Source of the DNA: Chiloscyllium plagiosum
Taxonomy: Eukaryota
Direction: 5' to 3'
DNA: 20,000 nt
NCBI RefSeq assembly: GCF_004010195.1
Contig: NC_057718.1
Span: 21,548,684 to 21,568,683, forward strand
Below are positions 1 through 9,575 of this stretch, in pieces; the stretch's first letter is position 1; each line of letters begins with the position of its first letter. The notes beneath the pieces are model-generated. The model was given only the letters and a program-made list of their open reading frames with translations, was not told where the DNA came from and searched no databases. A program made the position numbers and the translations under genes.

Positions 1-39
1 CTCTAATTTCTGCTTACTTTTAAAGTGTTGAATGTAGGT

Positions 40-385
40 TTCAAATCCACTCCATGACCTCTTTCCTTTTCATCTTTGTCACTTCCTCCAACCTTACAAA
101 CCTCAAATACCTGCACTATTCTGATTCACACCTCTTAATCATCTTTGATTTTAATCACGCCCATCTTTAGCATCTATGCTTTCAGTCACAAAGGTGCTAT
201 CCTCTGAAATTCTCTTCCTGAACTCCTCTACTTTTCTTTAATGCGTCTGTTTTAAAAACTAACAAGTCTTTGACCACTACCATCATACCTCATGTAGTAT
301 AGTACCAAATTTTGTTTGATAACATTCATGTGAAGTATCTCAGGACTTTTTACAAGGTTAAAAGTGCCACATAAATATCAAATGA
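40..385 (+). mobile_element. Degraded L2-clade LINE 3' end
   Basis: Pyrimidine-rich stretch (tttcaaatccactccatgacct...ctctgaaattctcttcct...tctttgacca...aaattttgtttgataacattcatgtgaag...gttaaaagtgccacataaat) follows the recalled motif order of fish/shark L2 3' ends, including the terminal aaaggcgctatataaat-like tail. Highly diverged; boundaries approximate. Confidence 0.6.
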
Positions 386-679
386 ATCAGCTTCCAAAAA
401 CCTGGGCAGCTCATCCCAGATTGGAACAAATTGATGTGTAAAACATATACTTACTATACTTATTAAATCACTTAACGAAATTATTTGTCCTCAGGAATTC
501 ATTACGTAATTTTCCAAAGCACAAATGGCTGACCATTGAAATTTCAAATGGGGTTTTGCCTGCCTCCTTAGTGTATTAGTGAAAACTACCAAAGAAACAG
601 TACAGAAATCTCAATGCTTTATCCTGATTCAATTTACAATCAACTTTCACAAGAAACATATATATAGATAAACTGTAGT

Positions 680-1263
680 AGTCGAGACATTACGTTGAGG
701 TTGTACAGGACATTGGTGAGGCCTCTTCTGGAGTACTGTGTCCAGATCTGGTCTCTCTGTTATCAGAAGGATATTATTAAGCTGGAGAGGGTTCAGTAAA
801 GATTACCAGGATATTGGCAGGAATAGAGGGTTTGAGTTATATAGAGAGCCTAGATCGCCTGAAACTTTTTTCACTGGAGCATAGGAGGTTCAGAGGTGAC
901 ATTACAGAGGTTTATAAAATTATAAAGAAGGTGAATGGCAGGTGCCTTTTCCCTAGGGTGGGGAATTTCAAGACTAGGGGCCATATTTTTAGGGTGAGAG
1001 GAGAAAGATTTAAAAACGATGAAAGGCATTTTTTTTTGCACAGCAAATAGTTCATGTGTGGAATGAACTTGCAGAGGAAGTGTTGGATTTGGGTACAGTT
1101 TCAACCTTTAGAAGACTTTTGGATAAGTGTATGAATAAGAAATATTTGGAGAGATATGGGCCAAGCACAGGCAGGTGGGACTAGTTTGGTTGGGGATTAT
1201 GGTTAGCATGTGCTGGATGGACCAAAGGGTCTACTTCCAGGTTGCATGACTCTATGAATCTAT
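680..1263 (+). mobile_element. CR1-clade (HER1-like) LINE, 5'-truncated 3' fragment
   Basis: Translates to the CR1 ORF2 C-terminus (LYRTLVRPLLEYCVQ...; ORF 814-1050 GLSYIESLDRLKLFSLEHRRFRGDITEVYKII...TRGH) with frameshifts. Ends in the CR1-type 3'UTR and tail ggaccaaagggtct...catgactctatgaatctat. Confidence 0.92.
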
Positions 1264-1270
1264 AATAAAA

Positions 1271-1302
1271 AACATTCCAGGTCAATGACCTTTCATCTGA
1301 AC
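1271..1302 (-). repeat. Short remnant of hammerhead-containing (Penelope-associated) repeat
   Basis: Minus strand reads gttCAGATGA a AGGTC att GACCT GGAA tgtt: intact stem II hairpin with one substitution in each catalytic box. Same layout as copies at 2122-2250 and 17128-17265. Confidence 0.5.
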
Positions 1303-1947
1303 TTGCTTGTTGTTGTCTAATAGAACGTCGTCTGCATCGACTGGGTTTACTGAACAACCACCCCAATGAGGTGAAATATTTCTGGACCAGAATGCGAGCT
1401 GGGCATATTGAGGATGACCATAAACCATTTTTGCAAAGAGGTATATTGTAGCATGCGACAGTGACAACGTTTTTCTCCTGTTATGTAACAATGTCATAGA
1501 TCGATTTATATTTAGCATTGCTTCCTTGTTTTTGTACTCTGTGGCTGTATTTATAGATAGTAGAATAGAAATAATTGATTAACTCTTTATGAAAGCCATC
1601 ACAAGCTGATGGGGCAACTTGCCACTTTCTGTAAGGTTCTATAATTTTGAATTGTCTTATACTACTTCACTTAATTGTAGAAATTGAATTCTTTTTCTAA
1701 CATATATTTTACTGATTTACATCCATTGATTCCAGTCTGTTTATAAACAATGTCTATTCATCCTTTCTTGTCCTTTAACAACATGCTAAAAGTGATCCAT
1801 GTACGATTTGCAACAAATTTTTTACTGGAATGGTTAGCTCATTTTAAGTAAAGATAAAGCAGTGAAACAAAGTTTACTCACAGCCTGATATCTAATAGTA
1901 ATGGAATCTCTTGCATATGGATGTTTAAAAACATCTAGGTGCCACAA

Positions 1948-2110
1948 GCAAGGCCAATATTTGCTCCACATTCCAAATTGTCCTTCAGCTGATTGGATCA
2001 TGAGGCCATTTCCTAGTTAAGATACAACAATTTATCATGGGTCTGGAGTAAAATATAGGCCTAACTAGATGAGGCAAACAGACTTTATTCCCTAAAGGTC
2101 ATTAGTGAAT
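1948..2110 (-). mobile_element. Degraded shark SINE / L2-tail-type repeat fragment
   Basis: gcaaggccaatatttgc...aggccatttc...tgggtctggagtaaaatataggcc...ttccctaaaggtcattagtgaa matches the recalled antisense reading of a common elasmobranch SINE 3' half. Diverged. Confidence 0.55.
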
Positions 2111-2121
2111 GAATTAAAGTA

Positions 2122-2250
2122 TAGCAAAGAACTGTGGATGCTGAAGATCTGAATCAAAAACAGAAATTATTGGACAAACTCAGCAGATTAGCGGCATTTA
2201 TGGAGAAAAAGCAGAGTTAATGTTTTGATTTGGTAGCCCTTCTTCAGAAT
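2122..2250 (-). mobile_element. Penelope-associated short repeat with decayed hammerhead core
   Basis: Reverse complement (ttCTGAAGA a gggctaccaaatc AAAA cattaactctgctttttctcc...cagatcttcagcatccacagttctttgc) is colinear with the plus-strand copy at 17128-17265. Confidence 0.7.
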
Positions 2251-4214
2251 TGGAATTATGAAATTATTATGAACGAGGCATATATGAAGGAGGCATACAT
2301 GTGAAGGCGATATGAAATCTGTTTGAGTGTCATGATATTGTTATTTAAATCCCTTCTCTTTAAAAATAAAAAACTGCGTTAGTCATCATTCAGACTTAAA
2401 ATAAGACTCTTAACTGCTAGAATGCATTAATTGACAGAGCAATTGGTCTAGCCAAGACAATAAAAAACTTAAGCATCTGTTCCTGCAGTTTCAATAGACT
2501 TAATTATGAGATTTTCTAAAGGTTGTTCTTACTGATGAGTCGATTTTGAAGCCTTGGCCAAGTTTCAAAACCTCCAAATCCTTTTATCTTGGCAGGGGAG
2601 CCGAGTTCAACAGTTTTAATATCTTATTAAAGTACATCTTTCATGTGGTGGGTGAATAGACATTTGTTTTTACAGCAGCTGAATACTCAAGGAGATATAA
2701 CACTTTTAAATGGGTTTCATGGCTGAGTATTTTCCACAGAAGTGTGCGTGATTTTCTTCATCTCAATGGCTCCTGAGTTCTACTCGTTGTCTACCTTGAG
2801 TGAATGGCTATGGAAGTGGCATGGGGGCATGAATGCAGTTTGGGAAGATTGCATGGAGAGTGGTGAAGGATAGAGACTCTTATATCTTTTTTATCTAACT
2901 TAGCCATAGTTTCAGAGAACTGAAGTGGTAGAGGTTTGGAAGTGCAGATGACCAGGATACTCTGACGAAAATCCAGTCCAAAAATAATCACATTAGAAAT
3001 AATATGTTCTGATTAGGTTTGCCTTTTCTTATTTGGTTCATGATTTTCTTTTTGTCACAAGAAGTCAAATTATGTTTGTGTAGTCACCCATACGACCAAT
3101 CACATTTCTAAAAGGCATCTTTTATCAGATATACTCTCTCAGTACTGCTTCCTTCCCCTACTTCTGCTCATTAAATCCGCTATCCACAGTCAAAACATTT
3201 TCCCTTTCCAATCCCCATCACCCCAAATTTAAAAACCACTTTACTGTACTGATCACAATAAGCCTATCACTACAAGCCTCAATTTTCAAATGAACCTATT
3301 TGCCACACCAGGTTTAGTTCGAATAGCTACTTTATCTGCTTCACAATTTTCTTTTCAAACTTGAACTCCACGAAAGCTAAAATTTGTTATAATCACACAA
3401 TATGATAATCAACATCAGAAGCTTTGAACATTTGTTACTGTTTCCATCTCAGTTGCTTTACTGCAAAATAATCATGTTTATTTGCCTCGGGTTTACCTTT
3501 GCAACTGTGGTGAGGATAAAAATCAGTTTCCTTTCTGAGTTATTAACCTTGGAGAGAAAAGGGAAACCTAGTATTTCAGAATAACGAAGAATTGCACACC
3601 GTTTTGATGAGTATCACTCTGACCCATCTCCAATATCTACAATGGACTGTGAATTTATTATGAACATTACAATTATGAATATAATATTTTTATTTTAAGC
3701 ATCTTACCATCTGGAGTTTTTTTTTCCTACAGGCATTTGTTGCTAGATAAGGCTACTGTGTGACAGTAACTGGCATGATCTATCTCCACCTTGGCAGCTA
3801 ATCAAATGGCATTCTTTTAGAATGATATACCAATCTGCTTGCTCAGAACTGAATCAAGCAAAATCTTTGGTGGAAAATGTCTTCGCTTGCTGTGTTTCTC
3901 CAAGTGTGAGAAGCCCACGACATCTCCTTTTCAAATGTTTGTCTATAACTTCATTGACATATATAATTCCAATTAAACATGACATAAAATGAACAAATAA
4001 ATTCCTAATCCATGATTCTGATGTAACCAAACCACTCCAGGCAAGCTCTGACCACAATTCTTTCTCCAATTATTGATAGACCCCAAAGGCAGGTAATTTG
4101 ACCTTTCACAAAAACAACTGAAAGCTAATTAAAGGATTACTATTATGTGAGAGCAGCAAGAATCTTAAAACTTGTTTTTTATCTTCTATTAATCAATTGG
4201 TATAGTGACAGCTT

Positions 4215-4605
4215 CGGCTCAGATATACTGAGTTCTCGGTTCTTATTCCACTTCAGAACTTAAGTATAAAGATCAAGGCTGACATACTTTTGTATAAATT
4301 ATTAAATGAGGTTCAATTTTCATGCTGGGTGGATGGAAGAGATCTGATGGCATTATTTTGAAGAAGAGCAGAAGGGTTATACCTGGTATCTTTGTCAATT
4401 CTCAATCAACATCACACAAAACAAATTGACTGGGCATATGAATCTATGACTATCACTTAGCTATTTATAATAGTTTGCTTTGTAAATATTGGTTGCTAAT
4501 TTCCTATCTTGCAAAGCGACTTTAAAAGATAGTGCTTCGTTATTATAAAAAACTTTGAGTTGTCCACTAGTTGTGAAATGCACTATATAAATGCATTTTT
4601 TTCTT
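4215..4605 (+). mobile_element. DeuSINE (SacSINE1/AmnSINE1-related) copy, degraded
   Basis: tRNA-like head remnant (ggctcag...ggttcttattcc), then aggctgaca...ttaaatgagg...ggtggatggaagagatctgatggcattattttgaagaagagcag...tcaatcaacatcac...ttggttgctaatttcctatc, then L2-type tail tgtgaaatgcactatataaatgca. This is the recalled motif order of the Deu core domain. Confidence 0.75.
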
Positions 4606-5037
4606 TTATTTCTGAATTAGTTGTGACCATTAAAGTTGGCCATCTGATACATTGCTCCCATGATCTCTTGGTCTGCAGTACAGGATTTCTGCGCTATCAG
4701 TAGTTTCATTTGTGGCCTGAATCATGGCATTAAAACACCTGAACTCATTACCTGTGAGTTTCCCGGATTTCTGCTTGAAAGCCACCCTCTGATGATGCTG
4801 AAGGCAGGCTGAGCAGGTGGTTTACTCAAAGGGTAATGCTTGGGAATGGCATGATGCAATTGACCTTCTATCCATGTTTGTGAGACATCATAAAATGAGT
4901 AGTGTGTGAATAAAGCTTCTCAAAAATTTTACATTCTTGATCATGTAACAGATTCTTAAAGCCTTATAGTGGCCAAATATTCTGGACCACTTTTGATTGT
5001 GATATTGAAAGCTACTAAACATTGAAACATAAAGTAA

Positions 5038-5205
<168 letters not shown>

Positions 5206-6689
5206 TAGTATAGCTTTAGTTTATACAAAATTAATCGTTATGATTGACTTTGAACAACAGGCTAAGCAGATTTCAGTAAATAGCAGTCCCTCCCAGCTTA
5301 ATGAAATTGGGAAACCCTTACTTATTGAATAAGTGTGGCTTCTTGGAGATAATGCCTGTTGTATTTAATATGCTAACTGAATCAATGTTAATTGTTGCTA
5401 ATCAATAATATCTCATGGTGTTCATTTTTCACTTATAATGCACACTGATCTTAGTTTTCAGAAAGATTTGTTCATTAGACATTTGAAACCTTTTGGTGAA
5501 ATGTATAATTTAACTGTATCTAAAGTATATTTTTAAATTGTAACTTTTAAATTTGTCTTTGTACTGTTAGCATTAAAAGGTACAGTTGTATGACGTGTTC
5601 TGTGTGGATGCAAAATTAATTCTGACAAGGCAGCATGATTAGCTCAGTATTTTGTATTGGAATTGTATACCTGAAACACCAATTCTCACTGATTATGTAA
5701 TGTATAAGTTAAAACATAATTTCAAATGGTATAGATAGAGGAAGATGAGCAAACTATCTTGCTGATTCTTTTCAAACAATATAAATTTAGGTGTATATGG
5801 GCTTAAGTCAGCATTCTTATTTAAAGCTGTTAGCAACAGTATAGTTGTACAGAAGAGTGTGCCTTGCATGTTAAGAAGTTCTGTTTTCTGGCACCTCCAT
5901 TCTGTTTTGAAATTTATCTAAGAAGAACTTTGCTTTGACTGCACATATATATGTGATGCCATGGTGAAAACTTCACTACTTAACTTTAATTTGTTACCAA
6001 AAAAGTGCAGAAAGTAGGGAAGAACTCGAGTTCTTCATGTAATAGGGCTTAATATTAGTTCAAAAGTCCAACCCTTCCATTAGTTGTGAAGGCTGTTAAT
6101 TTCACTAATGACATGTCTTAAAAGGCTTGCTTATAAAGCAAAATTCCACATTGATGAACCAATCCTGATAGTAAAAATAATATTCTATCCTATATCTAAT
6201 CAATAGCTAGCATTCTTCAACTGAAAAAAATGCACATTTTAACTTTTTGGGGTTACCTATAATATTCTATTCAAAGAATTTGCTTTCTTTGAAATACAAT
6301 CCAATCACCAAACCTCAACTACCCCCAAGGGTGAAGATGAGCCTATCTAGAAGATAAAGCTGAGATGATGCCTTACCTGAAAATTGTATTTCTTTCACAA
6401 ACATTGACTAACTTAGAAGTGATCGTTACAAAAAGGTGAAGTAAATATTTAGTGTAAAATGTTGTTTTATCACAAAGATTTGTATTAAACGTATCTTTAT
6501 AATGCAAAAAAATTCTTAAGACACTAAAATCACAGAAGATAACTAAAAAATATTTAAGAAATAGCTCTTAGGATATTTAAGAAGAAAAGCTTTAGCAATG
6601 CAGAGACTGGGAAAAAAAACAAAACTTGGCAGTTTATCTGACTGTACCCTCAGATTAATGATGCTTAAAAGCTGACATTCCCAAATATC

Positions 6690-7450
6690 CAGTTCAATCT
6701 TTATATTTCCACACTACCTGTCTCCCTGGCAAATCCATTCCACATGTTCACTACCTGTACATATCCTGGTAAAATCTAAACCATTGTTCAGGCCATATCC
6801 TATTTCTATTCTCGACGGCAATTGGGTTTCAATTTATGTTTTCACTTTAAGAAACTTAGATACTGGATATCTCTCTTCAATCTTCTGATATCATCAGTAA
6901 ACAATCGCGGACTTCTTAACTTCTCCTCACATCTCTTAACCTAGATATTATTGTTGGTATTATTTTTATTGTTCCACTACACTGGTATAAATTAGAATTG
7001 TAAATCATTCCCCTGATAATGACCATACCCACCATGAAATCTTTCCTTCATTTCATGTCTTCCTATCGTCAGCTTATCACTTGCATAATACTGCATCATA
7101 AGCATTATAAAATCTATAGGCAACACATGAACAAGATAACTTTCTCAAAAATATCAACTGGTCTTTGCCATAATCCAGTTTATCGTGCCATTCCATAACT
7201 ATCTAGATATCTCATTCCTTATTTCATGATACTTTCTGAAACATAATTCATAATTACTAGTCTGTAATTTTGATGAATTAGTTCTCCATTTAACATTGGT
7301 ATTGTCTTATCTACTTTACAACCCGAAACTTCTGACACTGTTTCTGTAGGATGTGACTGATTCAATTTTTGCTAGTCACTTCTTTTAAGACCAGGTCGAG
7401 ATCACACCTTATCTGAAATGTTTATTTTTACAACATGCCTTCTTTCTGAC
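6690..7450 (-). mobile_element. Ancient, highly decayed CR1-like LINE fragment
   Basis: Scattered antisense CR1-type motifs (ggcaaatccattccacatgttcactacc; atctctcttcaatcttctg; actagtctgtaatt = minus-strand NYRLV, cf. NYRPVS). No intact ORF; boundaries uncertain. Confidence 0.35.
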
Positions 7451-8026
7451 AACCTTGAAACCAAGTTCAGTGTTCGTGTATTTTACCCTACTAATACAGA
7501 AAAATGTGCATTTCCTATTCTTATTCAGTTACCTTCACCATTTTGGATCATAATTTCCTTTTTTAAAACTGTTTGCTGTGAACTCATGTAGAGAAATGCT
7601 GCTCTATTTAATATTTATAACATAATCTAATTTTTTTCTTGGACTCCTATTATCACAGCTGATTTTGAACATGGATTTCAAACATCATTCCTCATACATG
7701 ATGTAAACTAATGGAGATGAATGAATTGGGTATGATTCAGGCTACCTACAACTAACATTCTAAAAGCATTAGTTCGATCATTCTGATAGGTATGAGAGGT
7801 TTACTTTTAACTGTTCTTTTTCTTCCTGAATTTGTTAGCTTGACAACATTTTTAATATGGATAGATGTGCTTTCACTTATTGTGACATGCAATGTTGCTT
7901 CTTCCACAACATTTTGCTAATTTAAAAATATCTAGTGTTTAAATAAACTAATATACACTATGCCATTACATTTGTCCATTTGCTTGTAGGTGAACAAACA
8001 GTGAAGCCATTCATCTATATTGTCTT

Positions 8027-8198
8027 GGTTAAAAATGACAAAACACCAGGTTATAGTCCAACAGGTTTATTTGGAAGCACTAGCTTTCTGATGAAGGAGC
8101 AGCGCTTCCAAATAAACCAGGTGGACTATAACCTGGTGTTGTGTGATTTTTAATGTTGTCCACCCCAGTCCAATACTGGCTCCCCCACATCCTGGTTT
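8027..8198. mobile_element. Palindromic (foldback) Penelope-associated mini-element with hammerhead core, flanked by a 9-bp direct repeat
   Basis: Inverted arms 8029-8078 and 8104-8153 (46/50 identical by hand count) around a 25-nt spacer containing CTGATGA (8088-8094). Direct repeat tattgtctt at 8018-8026 and 8199-8207. Confidence 0.8.
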
Positions 8199-9109
8199 TA
8201 TTGTCTTAAACATAGCAAATCATTTTTATCACTTCATTATTAAATGGAAAAAGCATCAGGAAAAAAAATGGTAAACTGAAAAACCACACATTTAGAAAAA
8301 TATACAATGGTAAGTAACAATTACAGGTTATTAAGTATTGTGTTGGGGGATAGTTATGTACTGTAACTAACTTTAATAAAAAGTGGATATGGATGTAAAA
8401 TGGAAAAATGTGTTGCACTGCCTCTAATTTTGCTTAAAATTAGTAAACAGATGTAAAAAACAATAGATTGAAATTACACTGTAATTCTTTAACAATACAT
8501 TAGATTGTGTAATTCTATTCTCTGCTTGTTCTAATTAAGATATTTACAAAGTAACAAAATTGAAATATTAGAAGGAATATTACTTATGATACGCATAGCA
8601 AATTCATCAACATATAGTTCTGTATCAATAATGTTTGCATTACTTTTCTTCCATGTCCAGGGCCCTTACTATGCTCTGTAGAATATCTTCTTTTCAGATT
8701 TGTCAGTATGTTGATTCACAAGTCATATTAAATATTAGAAAATACTCTGTATTTTTTGATCTCTATAAGATTTCTTTCTCTAAAATTTAATAAAAACATG
8801 ATTTCAGCAAAAATATTGTGCTTTCTTAGAATTTATTAGTCAACTCGCCTTCGGCCACTTCACAGATGTTAAGTGGATTACTTATAAGGTTAAATTCTAC
8901 CACTGGCTACATTGATTGAATTTTATCAAAAAATAATGAATTGTTAATTTTGATGTGCTGGAGGGTTTTTCTCCATGAGGACTAGAGAGTTTTCTCACAC
9001 TATTCTCTACAGTTTGCCTCATTAGCTGTGCACCTTATCTCAGTGGTGTACAATTGTGCACTTGCCAGTTGTGGAAGTATTTAACAATGCCAAGACTTTC
9101 AGGGATTCC

Positions 9110-9243
9110 TGTGGCTACAAAATTTGCTAAGTGATAGGAGACAAAGAATAATAGTCAATGGATATTTTTCATACTGAGGAAGGTTTGTTGTAGGTCTCTA
9201 AGGGTTTGGTATTGGGACCCTAACTTTTCCTCGTACATTTATT
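9110..9243 (+). mobile_element. Old CR1 LINE, RT-domain fragment 1 (left of L1 insertion)
   Basis: Decayed coding for WLQNLLSDRRQRIIVNG...(P)QG(S)VLGP.LFLV.I, the RT motif B region. Continues directly at 14394 after the L1. Confidence 0.8.
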
Positions 9244-9575
9244 TATTTATTTTTAAAATATATTTTTATTAAAAAGATAGAATTTTTAGTATTACAACAA
9301 GTACAAAACAATACAAAAAAAAACACAAGTTAAAAAAACCCCAACCCACCCTAATGGATAAATGTATAAACATACAGAAAAGTATAGAATTAAAAAAACC
9401 AAACTGGCTATTTAACTAACTAAATAAATAAAAAACAAACAACAAACTAATAAATAGTAATAACTCAGCCCAGCCAAACAAAATGCTCATATGTTCACAG
9501 TTCCTCCTCTCTAGATATTGGACTTGTAAAACACAATCGTTACGGCTATGTAAAAGCCCTTGTTGGTGTGGCAGA

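Noticed and set aside
6372..6392. Minus-strand ttttcAG|GTAAGG resembling a recursive splice site
   Set aside because: Polypyrimidine tract is very short, the host gene and its orientation are unknown, and the motif is plausible by chance.
8029..8153. Pre-miRNA or rho-independent terminator reading of the long hairpin
   Set aside because: Eukaryotic repeat context, flanking direct repeat and hammerhead boxes favour a mobile-element origin. Small-RNA production cannot be excluded without data.
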